From positions 366,144-430,143 of the forward strand of contig CAWGBU010000002.1 of assembly GCA_963820905.1 (NCBI GenBank): 64,000 bases of DNA. Direction: 5' to 3'. Each line of letters opens with the position of its first letter. Position 1 is the stretch's first letter. A model generated the notes under the pieces. It made no database searches. It saw only the letters and a program-made list of their open reading frames with translations, and was not told the DNA's origin. This document shows, in pieces, positions 1 to 10,563 of the stretch. The position numbers and the translations under genes were made by a program. Origin of the DNA: an uncultured Acidobacteriota bacterium (GTDB lineage Bacteria > Acidobacteriota > Vicinamibacteria > Vicinamibacterales > 2-12-FULL-66-21).

Positions 1-289
1 CGACGCCGCGACGGCAAGCCACGTGGACATCGGGCGCGGACGGATCTCCTCGACGGCCGGCGCGGGCGCTCCGAGGGCGGCGTTCAGCACCCGGGCGCGG
101 AGGCCCGCGGGCGGATCGACCTGCGGCACCGCGTGCGCCAGACCGATCGCGACGCGCGACAGCTCCCGCACTTCGACCGAGCACTCCGCGCACGTGAGGA
201 GATGCGCCTCGAGCGCGCGCCGCTCGTCCTCGCCGAGCACGCCAAGCGCATAACCGCCGGTGAGCTCCCGCAGCTCGTCGTGCGTCATG
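1..289 (-). CDS. Anti-sigma factor with zinc-finger motif (HxxxCxxC), partial; the C-terminus runs off the window start
   Basis: Manual minus-strand translation from the ATG (reverse complement at 287-289): MTHDELRELTGGYALGVLGEDERRALEAHLLTCAECSVEVRELSRVAIGLAHAVP... There is no stop before coordinate 1. It lies immediately downstream of the ECF sigma stop and overlaps it, the classic sigma/anti-sigma arrangement. Confidence 0.6.
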
Positions 290-292
290 CCG

Positions 293-889
293 TCACTCCC
301 CCGCCATCGCTTCCCTCAGCTTCAGCAGCCCCGATCGTATCCGCGTCTTCACCGTTCCGAGCGGCTGCTGCAGCCGCTCCGCGATGTCACTCTGCGACAG
401 GCCCTCGTAGTATGCGAGCTCGATCGCCGCCCGCTGGCTCTCGGGCAGGCTGCCGAGCGCGCCGCGCAAGCGGTCTGCCTGCTCCGCCGTGATGGCCAGC
501 GATTCCTGGCTTGCGTCTGGATCGCGCGGATGCGGAGTGCTCGCATCGAGCTCGGTGGCGACGATGCGGGATCGGCGGCGGCGGAGGCGGTCGAGCGAAC
601 GCGCCCTCGTGATAATCATCAGCCATGCCACGACCGGCGCGCGCGCGGCGTCGTAGCGTGCCGCCTGGCGCCAGGCCTGCGTGAACACGTCCTGGACGAC
701 GTCCTCCGCCTCCGCGGCGTCGGCGAGCATGCGGACGGCCAGCGAGTAGATCGCGCGCGCGTGGCGATCGTACAGATCGCTCAGCGCGGAGCTGTCACCC
801 CTTGCCATGCGATCGACCGTGGCCCGGTCAGCGTCGAAGGTCGCGATATGCGCGGCCGGCACGTGTTCAATCTTCCCGGTTCGAAACAA
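293..889 (-). CDS. ECF-type RNA polymerase sigma-70 factor
   Basis: The 198-aa ORF shows sigma-70 region 2 (DLYDRHARAIYSLAVRMLADAAEAEDVVQDVFTQAW) and region 4 (LAYYEGLSQSDIAERLQQPLGTVKTRIRSGLLKLR). The true start may be the internal M at residue 28. Confidence 0.85.
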   Translation of the reverse strand: MFRTGKIEHVPAAHIATFDADRATVDRMARGDSSALSDLYDRHARAIYSLAVRMLADAAEAEDVVQDVFTQAWRQAARYDAARAPVVAWLMIITRARSLDRLRRRRSRIVATELDASTPHPRDPDASQESLAITAEQADRLRGALGSLPESQRAAIELAYYEGLSQSDIAERLQQPLGTVKTRIRSGLLKLREAMAGE

Positions 890-952
890 CTAGGACCCCG
901 GGGGTCATATATCTCTACGCCCGGACGGGCGGGGCGGATTTACCTGAAGTTT

Positions 953-1040
953 TCAGCTTCCAGCTTCCAGCTTCCAGCTCCCAGTTGGGAAAAGCTGGAA
1001 GCTCGTAGCTGGCAGCTGGAAGCTGGCAGCTGGAAGCTTT
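953..1040. repeat. Imperfect palindromic tandem hexamer array, (CAGCTT)n on the left and (AAGCTG/CAGCTG)n on the right, in a divergent promoter region
   Basis: Read directly: cagcttccagcttccagcttccagctcccagttgggaaaagctggaagctcgtagctggcagctggaagctggcagctggaagctt. It lies between the sigma start (889, minus) and the PHP gene start (1059, plus). Confidence 0.8.
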
Positions 1041-1058
1041 TAACCTACACTGCCAGCT

Positions 1059-1748
1059 GTGCTGAAGACAGAGCTTCACGCGCATACCGACGCGGACCCG
1101 GCCGACCTCATCGACCACAGCATCCGCGACCTCGTCGACCATGCCGTATCGCTGGGCTATCAGGCGCTGGCGGTGACGCTGCACGATCGGTACTTCGATC
1201 CGGGCCCGCACGCGGCGTATGCGAGCGAGCGGGGGCTCGTGCTGATTGCCGGCATCGAGCGCACGATTCAGCGGCGCCACGTGCTGCTCGTCAATTTTCC
1301 GGCGTCGAGCGCGGACGTCGGGAGCTTCGAGGATGTCGCGCTGTTGAAGCGGCAGTACCCGGACGGGCTGATCGTGGCGCCGCATCCGTTCTATCCGATC
1401 CCGAGCGCGCTCGGCCGTCTTGCCGAACGCCACGCCGCGCTCTTCGACGCCGTCGAGGTCAACGCGATGTATACGCGGTATCTCGATTTCAACCGCCGGG
1501 CGATCGCGTGGGCGCGCGCGAACGGCAAGCCGCTCGTCGGCAACACGGACCTGCACCTGCTGCCGCAGATGGGCACCACGTACTCGCTCGTCGACGCCGC
1601 ACCGAACGCCGATTCGGTCTGCAAGGCGATTCGCGATGGACGTGTGACCGTGCAGTCCGAACCGCTCTCGACAATCAATGCCGTGCGGTTGTTCTCGAAG
1701 ATGTGCTGGGGCGGGCTCAAAGGCCGTCTCGGCCGTCGTCTTCGTTGA
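1059..1748 (+). CDS. PHP-domain metal-dependent phosphoesterase
   Basis: The 229-aa ORF has the N-terminal ELHAHTD motif and histidine/aspartate pattern typical of PHP (polymerase/histidinol-phosphatase) domains. Confidence 0.65.
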   Translation: MLKTELHAHTDADPADLIDHSIRDLVDHAVSLGYQALAVTLHDRYFDPGPHAAYASERGLVLIAGIERTIQRRHVLLVNFPASSADVGSFEDVALLKRQYPDGLIVAPHPFYPIPSALGRLAERHAALFDAVEVNAMYTRYLDFNRRAIAWARANGKPLVGNTDLHLLPQMGTTYSLVDAAPNADSVCKAIRDGRVTVQSEPLSTINAVRLFSKMCWGGLKGRLGRRLR

Positions 1749-1791
1749 CTCCCCTTCTTCGCTCGCTTACAGTGCGGGAAGGGGGAGCCGT

Positions 1792-4700
1792 ATGACGTTC
1801 AGGTCGTATTCGGGAAGGCGTCTGCTCGCATCCGTGATCGGCGCCTGCTTCGCCGTCTGCGCATACACCGCGCCGGCGCGCGCGCAGAGCGCGACGGGAT
1901 CGATCGAAGGCACGATCGTCGATCAGACGGGCGCGCTGATGCCGGGCGTTACGGTGACCGCCACGCAGTCCGCCACCCGGGCGTCCCGCACGGTCGTGAC
2001 CGACGAGAACGGCATCTTCCGCATCCCGCTGCTGCCGGTCGGCGTCTACGACCTCACGGCCGAGCTCGCCGGCTTCTCAGTCCCGGAAGCTGCCGGAGAT
2101 CACGCTGACGATCGGGCAGACGGTCACGCTGAACGTGCAGATGGCGGTCACGGGCGTCGCCGAAACCGTCAACGTCCCGGGCGGCACGCCGATCATCGAG
2201 ACGAGCCGCACGCAGGTCAGCTCGACGGTCGACGGAAGCGTCCGTGCAGAACCTGCCGGTCAACGGCCGCAACTTCATCGATTTCGCGCTGCTGACGCCG
2301 GGCGTGACGCGCGACGTCCGCACCGGCGACATCAGCTTCGCCGGGCAGCGCGGCACGCTCAACAGCCTCGTCGTCGACGGCGCCGACAACAACAACACGT
2401 TCTTCGGACAGACGCCCGGCCGGACCGGCTCGGCGCGCGCGCCGTATCAGTTCAGCCAGGACGCGGTGAAGGAGTTCCAGGTCAACTCGAACTCCTTCTC
2501 GGCCGAGTATCGGCCGCGCCGGCGGCGCGCGTCATCAACGTCGTCACCAAGTCGGGCACGAACGAGCTGCACGGCTCGGCCTTCGAGTTCTATCGCGACA
2601 AGGCGCTGAACGCGAACAACGCGATCAACGAGCTGAACAACCGGCCGAAGTCGCCGTACCACTACAACCAGTTCGGCGGCACGCTCGGCGGGCCCGATCC
2701 GGCGCAACCGGGACTTCTACTTCTTCAACTACGACGGCCAGCGCAACACGCAGCCGAACGTCGTCTTCCTGAACCTGCCGGCCAACACGCCGAACGACGC
2801 CGGCGACGCCGGCCGGGATCGCGCGGCTCGCAGCCGCTCGCCGACAGCTGGAACCGCAGGCTCGATCAGGACGTGTTCCTCGTCAAGACGGATCACGAGC
2901 TGAACGACGGCGAACCGGCTCACGCTGCGCTACAACCATCAGAACTTCACCGGCGAGGGATTCGAGAGCGGCGGCGCCCAGAACGCGTTCGAGCACACCG
3001 GCGCGTCGATCGTGAAGACGCGGACGTTCAACGCGAGCTGGACGAGCGTCGTCGGCGCGACGCTCTTCAACGAGCTCAGGTTCCAGTATGCGCGCGGACA
3101 AGGAGCCGGGGAGGCCAACACCGACGAACCCCGAGGCCGTCGTCCAGCAGAGCGGGACGACGGTGCTGACGATCGGCCGCAACAACTTCAGCCCGCGCGA
3201 GACGACGATCAAGCGCTGGCAGATCGCCGACACGGCGACCTGGCTGCGCAGGGCAGCACAAGCTGAAGGGCGGATTCGATTTCCAGTTCGACGACATCCT
3301 CAACCGCTTCCCCGGCTTCTTCAGCGGCTCGTACACGTTCCGCAGCCTCGCGTCGTTCGCCGGCGGCCGGCCGAACGCCGCGAACGAATCCTATCAGCAG
3401 AACTTCGCCGGGACCGGACACGACCGGGCGCCGAGACGCGACCCGGACCTCCGCGAGTACTCGTTGTTCGTCGCAGGACGAATGGAGGCTGACGCGCGAC
3501 CTCACGGTCAACCTGCGGGCTGCGCTACGACCTGATGAAGACCGAGGCGCCGCCGGTGCGCAATCCCGATCCGCAGCTCGCCGCGGCCGACATCGACACG
3601 AGCCGGCTCGACGCCGACACCAACAACTTCGGGCCGCGCCTCGGGCTCGCGTGGAGCCCGCGGGACGCGCGCTACGTGGTGCGCGGCGGGTGGGGACTCT
3701 TCTACGGCCGCACGCCGTCGATCATGCTCGGCACTGCCCACTCGAACAACGGCGATCAACATCGTGTCGCTGACGTTCACCGGCGACGCGGTTCCGACCT
3801 ATCCGCAGAACTTCTCGAGCATTCCCAGCACCGGGAGTCGCGGCGCGGCCGAACATCTTCTACATCGACCAGGACTTCGCCAACGCGCGGCTGATGCAGG
3901 CGAACGCCGCGGTCGAGTGGCAGATCCAGCGCAACACGAGCCTGACCGTCACGTATCTCTTCGTCGACGGCATCCAATCTTCCGCGATCGATCGATCGCA
4001 ACCTCGGCACGCTCGGCTCGCGCACGTTCACGGTCGCCGGGACGGGCAAGACGTTCCCGTATCACTTCTTCGGACGCCGATCGGCCATTCGCGAACTTCC
4101 AGCGCGTGATCGCGTTCGAGTCGACCGCCGAGTCGCGCTACAACGGCCTCACGCTCGAGCTGAATCGGCGCTTCGCGAATCATCTGCAGTTCCGCGTCGC
4201 CTACACGCTCGGCAAGGTCGACGACACCGTCCCGGACGCGACCGCGGTCGTGCCCGGCAACGCCGGCGACGACGTGAAGTACGCGTCGAACCCGAACGAT
4301 TTCGACGCCGATCGCACCGTCGGCAACAACGACCAGCGGCATCGCTTCGTGCTGAGCGGCGATCTACAACACCAACGGGCTCGCGAGGGGCCTCGACGGG
4401 ATTCACCGGCACGCTCCTCCGGACTGGTCGTTCAGCGCCATCTTGACCGCGCAGTCGGGGCAGCCCTACACGGCGCGCGTCGGCGCCGTCGATCTGAACG
4501 ACGACGGCAACACCCGCAACGACATCGCGCCCGGCACCGACGCGCAACCAGTTCCGGCTGCCGTCGGTCGTGACGTTCGATCCGCGGATCGCCCGCGACA
4601 TGCCGCTCGGGCCGCGACGCGCGTGCAGCTGATCTGGGAAGCGTTCAACCTGTTCAACCGCGACAACATCACCGGCGTCGACACGACGTACTACAGCGTG

Positions 4701-4796
4701 GCCGGCACGACGCTGACGCGCGGCACGACGTTCGGACGTCCCACGGTGAGCGCCGGCGAGCGGATCATGCAGCTGGCGGTGAAGATGACGTTCTGA
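1792..4796 (+). pseudogene. TonB-dependent receptor with a carboxypeptidase-regulatory-like N-terminal domain, disrupted by many frameshifts
   Basis: ATG at 1792 follows a GGGAAGGGGGA ribosome-binding site. It is followed by a signal peptide and the CarboxypepD_reg motif (SIEGTIVDQTGALMPGVTVTATQ...GIFRIPLLPVGVYDLTAELAGF). The reading frame then has to be switched repeatedly to follow the receptor, for example at about 2085, 2235, 2515, 2700 and many more sites, giving at least 8 switches. It ends with the canonical C-terminal ...IMQLAVKMTF-stop at 4794-4796. Confidence 0.8.
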
Positions 4797-5539
4797 TTCA
4801 AGAGCGGCCTTAGGCTTTGGGCTCTAGGCTTTAGCGCTTTTCAAACGCTGTAGGGTCCACCTTCAGGTCAATGCCCTTCGGAAATTTGCACTGTGTGCCG
4901 GCTCATAGGAGCCGGCCCGTTGGACATAGAGCCCATCTCACCAGCCGGCAGTCTCTTCCACCGGTGGGAAACATTCCAGCGTACCGATCAGCCGCGGTGG
5001 GCTGGCCGGCTCGGACCGCCGGCTTCGACAGCGCGGAAAAAATGGCCCCTCCGCCGGTCCTGACGTTGGCTGGCGACGGCTTGGGGTGATCCGCGCGCCG
5101 GTAAAGCATCGGTTCGGCAACGAGGTCGCTCGACCGCTTGGGACGAATCCGCGCCGCCGCCAGGTGGGATGCTCCGGGACCATTTTTAGAGGCTTCGCTG
5201 ATCGCGCTGCTCAACGTCGGCCCGAGCCGACCAGCCCACCACGGCGTGGAGGGCCAACCCGAGCGGTCGGGCGGTGCGCGTGGCGGCCGGCGGCCCTCGG
5301 AGCGCGCCGACGCGCGGCGTCAGCCGGAACGCGCGCGGAGCGATTCCGCGCGGCGCCTTCCGGCCCCGTGATCTTCCAGGTCACGAAGGACCACTGGCGG
5401 CCCGCGGCGCCTGACGCCGGATGCCAGAGCCAGCTCGTAGGCGGCGCGGCGGCGCCAGGGCGTACAGCCGGAGCGCGCGTTCCCGGCGCGCGGAGCGGGC
5501 CGCGGGCCGCCACGCGCACCGCACGATCGATCGACAATC

Positions 5540-5627
5540 GTCCGGCTAAAGCCGGACACTACAGGTACCAATCTCCGAAAGGCCTTCACCTTCAGGAGGA
5601 TCTGTTCCGGTCCAGCTAAAGTCGGGC
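5540..5627. repeat. Two copies of a REP-like hairpin element (GTCCGGCTAAAGCCGGACACTACAG and a degenerate copy) inside a noncoding stretch of about 1 kb
   Basis: Matches the consensus CTGTAGTGTCCGGCTKMAGCCGGAC (inverted orientation here). No credible ORF was found across 4800-5795. Confidence 0.7.
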
Positions 5628-5799
5628 ACTACAGCGTTCTGGAGAACGCTGCAGGCGTTCTACTCCGAATGCTCTTGCCAGAGCCGAGAGCCTAAAGCCC
5701 AAAGCCCTTTCCTCCCATCGTCTATCGATGGAGCTTGACATCGCCCGCCGCACCGATCCATCCTTCCCATCGTTAGACGATGGGAATGGGAGGAGATGG

Positions 5800-6138
5800 A
5801 TGGGGAGAACGAATGTGCCGCCGGACTTGCTGCCGGGCACGCTCGACATGCTGATTCTCAGGACGCTCGCGACCGGGCCCAGGCACGGGTACGGCATCGC
5901 CGAACGGTTGAAACAGGTGTCGCAGGACGTGCTGCAGGTCGGCGAGAGCTCGCTGTACCCCGCCCTGCAGCGGCTGCTCCTCAACGGCTGGGTGAAGGCG
6001 GAATGGGGCGCCTCGGACAACAACCGCCGCGCGCGGTACTACACGGTGACCGCCGCGGGACGCAAGCAGCTCGGCGCCGAGCGGCAGGAGTTCGAACGGC
6101 TCGTCACCGCGATTCAAAGGGTTTTGCAGACCGGCTAG
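5800..6138 (+). CDS. PadR-family transcriptional regulator
   Basis: ATG at 5800 is preceded by GGAGGAG. Winged-helix PadR signature: [23 protein letters not shown]...[15 protein letters not shown]...[13 protein letters not shown]. Confidence 0.85.
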   Translation: MGRTNVPPDLLPGTLDMLILRTLATGPRHGYGIAERLKQVSQDVLQVGESSLYPALQRLLLNGWVKAEWGASDNNRRARYYTVTAAGRKQLGAERQEFERLVTAIQRVLQTG

Positions 6139-6142
6139 GCCA

Positions 6143-6202
6143 GATTCAAGGTTCAGGGTTCAAGGTTCAAGGTTCAGGGTTCAGGTTCAAGGTTCAGGTT
6201 CT
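6143..6202. repeat. Tandem hexamer array (GGTTCA)n between the PadR and permease genes
   Basis: attcaaggttcagggttcaaggttcaaggttcagggttcaggttcaaggttcaggttc. Confidence 0.85.
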
Positions 6203-6204
6203 TC

Positions 6205-8874
6205 ATGCGCACCCTACTCCGGCGCATCGGATACTGGCTCCGGCACCGCCGGCACGAGGCGGACCTGTCGGAGGAGATCGAAAGCCATCGCGCGATGATG
6301 CAGGCGCGGCTCGAGGCGTCGGGGCTCTCGAGCGACGCGGCGCGCGACGAGAGCCGGCGGTCGCTTGGCAACATCACGCTCGCGCGCGAGGACGCGCGGT
6401 CGGTGTGGCTGTGGCCGTGGCTCGACGCGGTCCGGCAGGATACGTCGTACGCGCTGCGGGCGCTCCGGCGCAATCCCGGGTTCGCCTGCGCGGTGATCCT
6501 CGTGACGTCGCTCGGCATCGGCGCGACGACGAGCGTGTTCGGGATGCTCGACGCGCTGGTGCTCAGGCCGCTGCCGGTGCGCGAGCCTCACAGGCTCGTG
6601 TACTTCGAAAGCCCCTCGTTCTCCTACCCCGTGTTCATGGAAGTCCGGAAGCACGGAACGGAGATCTTCAGCGGCGTGTCCGCGTGGTCGCTCGAATCGG
6701 CCCATGTCGACTGGAACGGTGAGCTAGAGCCGGTGGAGATCCTCACGGCGTCCGGCGACTTCTACGAGACGCTCGGCATCGGCGCCGCGATCGGCCGGAC
6801 GTTCACGCCGGCCGACGATCGGGTCGGCGGCGGGCCGGACGGCGCCGTCGCGGTTCTGAGCCATGCGGCGTGGCAGCGACGGTTCGGCGGGGATCCGTCG
6901 ATCGTCGGGCGCACGGTCCGCATCGATCGGCGGCCCTTCACCATCATCGGCGTGTCGCCGCGCGGCTTCTTCGGCGTCGCGGCCGGACTCGCGCCGGACC
7001 TCACGATCCCGATCACCGCGCTCCAGAGCGAGAAGGCGCTCGAACAGACGACCTCGGCGTGGATGCACTTCATCTGCCGGCTGCGCGACGGCCTCGGCCA
7101 CGACCAGGCGAACGCGATGCTGGTGCGGGTGTGGCCCCGGATCCTCGAGGTCACGACGAACCCGGGCATGCCGGCGGATCGACGCGCGCACTACCTGGGA
7201 CGGCAGACGTCTCTCGTTCCCGGCTACGCGGGCTTCTCGCGCGTGCGGAACCAGTTCGCCGATCCGCTGTGGATGCTGCTCGGCCTCACGGGGCTCCTCT
7301 TCACGATCGCCTGCGCGAGCGCCGCGAACCTGCTGCTCGCGCGCGGCGTCGAGCGCCAGCGCGAGATCGCCGTGCGCCTCGCGATCGGCGCCAGCCGCGG
7401 ACGCCTGGTCCGCCAGTTCATCACCGAATCCGTCGTCTGGACCGTGCTCGGCGCGGCCGCCGGCCTGGTCTTCGCGTCGTGGACCGGCAACCTGCTGGTC
7501 GCGATGCTCAGGAACCGCGACAACCCGATCGATCTGGATCTGGGCCCGAACTGGCGCATCACGCTTTTCGTGCTCGGCCTGACGTTCGTCACGGTAGGCG
7601 TCTGCTCGATCCTCCCCGCTCTTCGGGCAACGCGCCTTGCGCCAGCGCCGGCGCTCAGGTCGACGGCCGGCGGGGCGTCTTCGCACTTCCGACGGTGGTC
7701 GGTAGGAAAGACGCTCGTCGCCGCGCAAGTCGCGCTGACGCTCGTCCTGCTCGTCGGCGGCGCGCTCTTCGTGCGGAGCCTGTCGCGCGTGCTGAACCAG
7801 CATGCCGGCTTCGATCGCCACAACCTGCTCGTCGTCTCCACTGACGCGGAAGCGGTTGGATACGAAGGCGATCGCATGGTCGAGTTCTATCGTACGCTGC
7901 ACGGCGCGCTGGCGTCGATCCCCGGCGTCGCCTCGGCGAGCCTGTCGATGTATCCCCCGATCAGCAACGAGGACGGGGCGTGGACGCAGAGCATTGCCGT
8001 GGACGGGACCGCGCTGACGCCGGAGAACACCCGATACGTCTACTTCAACGCGGTGTCGCCGGGCTACTTCGCCACCGTGGGCACTCGCCTCATCCAGGGA
8101 CGCGACTTCACGGCGACTGACGACGAATCGAGCACGAAGGTCGTGATCGTCAACGAGTCCCTCGCGCGGAGATTCTTCCAGGACGCCAACCCGATCGGCC
8201 GGCGGGTCAGCATCGGCCGCGACGCCCGGCGGAGGGATCTCGAGATTGTCGGCATTGCCGGCGATTCGAAGTACCAGCACCTGCAGGAACCGTCGCGATC
8301 GATCGCGTATCTCCCGCTGGCGCAGCAACCCGGCCGCGACAACCTCTTCGTGGAAGTTCGTTCCGCGGTGGCGGCGGCCGCGATCGTCGAACCCGTCCGC
8401 CGCGGAGTGCGCGCCATCGATCGCGCGGTGCCGCTGAGAATCGAACCGATGACCGATCGCATCCGCGAATCCCTGGTGCGCGAACGGGTCCTGGCGATTC
8501 TCGCGACGACTCTCGGATGCGTCGCGCTCGTGCTCGCGTCAGCGGGGTTGTACGGGATCCTCGCCTACGCGGTCTCGCGGCGGACGAAGGAGATCGGGCT
8601 CAGGCTGGCGCTCGGCGCCGGCCGGACGGCCATGATCGCGAGCGTGATGCGGGACTGCCTCCTGCTGACGCTCATCGGCATCGCGATCGGCCTCGCGGGA
8701 TCGCTCGCGCTCGGCCGCTTCGCGCGGTCGCTGCTCTATCAGATCAGCGCGACGGACGCCGGCTCGATCGCGTCCGCCATCCTCCTCATGCTGATCGTCG
8801 CGACCGCCGCTGGTTTCATTCCTGCCCGCCGCGCGTCGCGCGTCGATCCCGTGACCGCGCTGAAGATCGACTGA
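6205..8874 (+). CDS. ADOP-family permease (MacB-like periplasmic domain plus duplicated FtsX domain)
   Basis: Intact 889-aa ORF. The N-terminus (LRHRRHEADLSEEIESH...WLDAVRQDTSYALRALRRNPGFACAVILVTSLGIGATTSVFGMLDALVLRPLP) and two FtsX-type 4-TM blocks are typical of Acidobacterial duplicated orphan permeases, which usually sit next to a PadR regulator. Confidence 0.85.
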   Translation: MRTLLRRIGYWLRHRRHEADLSEEIESHRAMMQARLEASGLSSDAARDESRRSLGNITLAREDARSVWLWPWLDAVRQDTSYALRALRRNPGFACAVILVTSLGIGATTSVFGMLDALVLRPLPVREPHRLVYFESPSFSYPVFMEVRKHGTEIFSGVSAWSLESAHVDWNGELEPVEILTASGDFYETLGIGAAIGRTFTPADDRVGGGPDGAVAVLSHAAWQRRFGGDPSIVGRTVRIDRRPFTIIGVSPRGFFGVAAGLAPDLTIPITALQSEKALEQTTSAWMHFICRLRDGLGHDQANAMLVRVWPRILEVTTNPGMPADRRAHYLGRQTSLVPGYAGFSRVRNQFADPLWMLLGLTGLLFTIACASAANLLLARGVERQREIAVRLAIGASRGRLVRQFITESVVWTVLGAAAGLVFASWTGNLLVAMLRNRDNPIDLDLGPNWRITLFVLGLTFVTVGVCSILPALRATRLAPAPALRSTAGGASSHFRRWSVGKTLVAAQVALTLVLLVGGALFVRSLSRVLNQHAGFDRHNLLVVSTDAEAVGYEGDRMVEFYRTLHGALASIPGVASASLSMYPPISNEDGAWTQSIAVDGTALTPENTRYVYFNAVSPGYFATVGTRLIQGRDFTATDDESSTKVVIVNESLARRFFQDANPIGRRVSIGRDARRRDLEIVGIAGDSKYQHLQEPSRSIAYLPLAQQPGRDNLFVEVRSAVAAAAIVEPVRRGVRAIDRAVPLRIEPMTDRIRESLVRERVLAILATTLGCVALVLASAGLYGILAYAVSRRTKEIGLRLALGAGRTAMIASVMRDCLLLTLIGIAIGLAGSLALGRFARSLLYQISATDAGSIASAILLMLIVATAAGFIPARRASRVDPVTALKID

Positions 8875-8911
8875 GCCTGCGGCGGACTCGCGGACTCGGT
8901 ATCATGTCGTC

Positions 8912-9751
8912 ATGAAATCATTCGCAGGCGTATGCCTTGCCGCGCTGTGGGCGGCGCTCCTCCCGGCACAGGGACCATCCTCCGTCAAGCCGTTCAGGAT
9001 CGTCGGCAACATCTATTACGTCGGCACATCCGATCCGACGGCGTTTCTGATCACGACTCCATCCGGACACATCCTGCTGGACACGACCTACGAGCAGTCC
9101 GCGCCGCTCGTGATGAACAGTATCTCGGCGCTCGGCTTCAAGCTCGAGGACGTCGAGATCATCCTGTCGAGCCACGCGCACCTGGATCACGTCGGCGGCC
9201 ACGCGGCCGTCAAGCGCGCGACGGGCGCGAAGGTCGTGGCGATCGCGGAGGACGCGGTGAACCTCGAGAGCGGAGGAAAGAGAGCGTTCCACCAGATCGG
9301 CTCGTTCGAACCGGTGTCAGTCGACCGCAGGCTGAAGGACGGCGACACGGTCGAGCTCGGCGGCGTGACGCTGACCGCCCATCGCACGCCCGGGCATACC
9401 GAAGGCAACACGGCATGGACGACGACCGTGCTCGACGGCAGCCGGCGCCTCTCCGTCGTCTTCGCGCCGAGCATGTCGATCAACCCGGGGGTGCGCATGG
9501 CGAAGTATCCGCCGTGGCCCACGATCGCCGACGCCTATGCGGCCTCGTTCAAGTTCCTGCGCGGGCTCACGCCCGATGTCTTCCTCGCGCCGCACGCCTC
9601 GTTCTTCGACCTCGAACGGAAGCTGCAGCAGCCGAAGGCCTCGGAGGGTTCCAACCCGTTCATCGATCCGGACGGCTACCGCAGGTTCCTCGACGATCTG
9701 GAAGGCAAGTACCGCGAGCAGCTTCGAAAGGACAGCGCCGGCCTCATGTAG
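8912..9751 (+). CDS. Subclass B3 metallo-beta-lactamase-fold hydrolase, secreted
   Basis: Signal peptide, HAHLDH (the HxHxDH zinc motif) and a downstream GHTEG histidine, about 280 aa. Confidence 0.75.
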   Translation: MKSFAGVCLAALWAALLPAQGPSSVKPFRIVGNIYYVGTSDPTAFLITTPSGHILLDTTYEQSAPLVMNSISALGFKLEDVEIILSSHAHLDHVGGHAAVKRATGAKVVAIAEDAVNLESGGKRAFHQIGSFEPVSVDRRLKDGDTVELGGVTLTAHRTPGHTEGNTAWTTTVLDGSRRLSVVFAPSMSINPGVRMAKYPPWPTIADAYAASFKFLRGLTPDVFLAPHASFFDLERKLQQPKASEGSNPFIDPDGYRRFLDDLEGKYREQLRKDSAGLM

Positions 9752-9836
9752 TGTCCGGCTTGAGCCGGACCACCCCTGGTCCGCCTGAAGGCGGACGCTA
9801 CAGGAATGCAGCTGTAGTGTCCGGCTTCAGCCGGAC
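9748..9836. repeat. Three tandem copies of the REP-like hairpin element between convergent genes
   Basis: tgtagtgtccggcttgagccggac / gtccgcctgaaggcggacgctacag / ctgtagtgtccggcttcagccggac. Confidence 0.8.
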
Positions 9837-9837
9837 C

Positions 9838-10551
9838 TCACTGCTGCGCTGGCTTCGCTGCCCCCGAAGCAGGCGCGGCACCGCCGCGCTGCCGTCCCGA
9901 AACGATCATGACGACGATCGCAATCACCACCAGGATCCCTCCGGCGGCCACGACGCGCCCGGGGATCAACTCGAAGATGCGCGCGGCGAAGTACGCCTGC
10001 AGGTAGCAGAGCGGCGCCATGCCGACGAGCGTGCCGGCCGCGACCTTCCACGCGGGCACGCCCGCGATTCCTGCGGCGTACGACACCAGGTCGGAGGACG
10101 TCAGGGGATTGGCGCGCAGCAGCAGGACGACCCACAACCCGCGGGCCTGAAGCCGTTCGCGATAGCGGCCGATCTCACCAGCGCTCGCGGCGCCAAACAG
10201 GCGCTCGCCGATCGCTCCGCCGAGCAGGCAGCTGATCGCGGCGCCGATCACGTTGCCGATGAGCGACAGCGTCCCGCCGAGAAAGCCGCCGAAGATCGCG
10301 CCGCCGGGCGCATACAGCAGCGTGCCGGGGATCGGCGCGACGACGACTTCGACGACAACGATGGCGGTGTAGACGACGGGCGCGAACGGGCCCCAGGACG
10401 CGACGGCGGCGCGCAGACGATCCAGCCACGGGCCCTGATCCGGCGTGCCGGTGACCAGCACGTAGACGAGGCCTTCCGTCGCATACGACAGGACGGCCCA
10501 TCCGATCAGGACGACGAGGACGATGAGGAGGGCGAGCGAGCCACGGCGCAC
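9838..10551 (-). CDS. TVP38/TMEM64 (DedA-related) family membrane protein
   Basis: 237-aa polytopic membrane protein with the glycine-rich conserved core of the TVP38/SNARE-associated family. Confidence 0.6.
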   Translation of the reverse strand: MRRGSLALLIVLVVLIGWAVLSYATEGLVYVLVTGTPDQGPWLDRLRAAVASWGPFAPVVYTAIVVVEVVVAPIPGTLLYAPGGAIFGGFLGGTLSLIGNVIGAAISCLLGGAIGERLFGAASAGEIGRYRERLQARGLWVVLLLRANPLTSSDLVSYAAGIAGVPAWKVAAGTLVGMAPLCYLQAYFAARIFELIPGRVVAAGGILVVIAIVVMIVSGRQRGGAAPASGAAKPAQQ

Positions 10552-10563
10552 GGTGGTCCGGCG

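Noticed and set aside
5086-5619. Several 80-180-aa ORFs on both strands in the 4800-5795 stretch
   Set aside because: Low-complexity Arg/Pro/Ala products with no start context and overlapping REP-like palindromes. Treated as noncoding or possibly the remnant of a decayed gene.
6724-8328. 534-aa minus-strand ORF, Arg/Asp-rich, antisense to the ADOP permease
   Set aside because: Typical spurious antisense ORF in high-GC DNA. The plus-strand permease has clear domain architecture and the antisense product has none.
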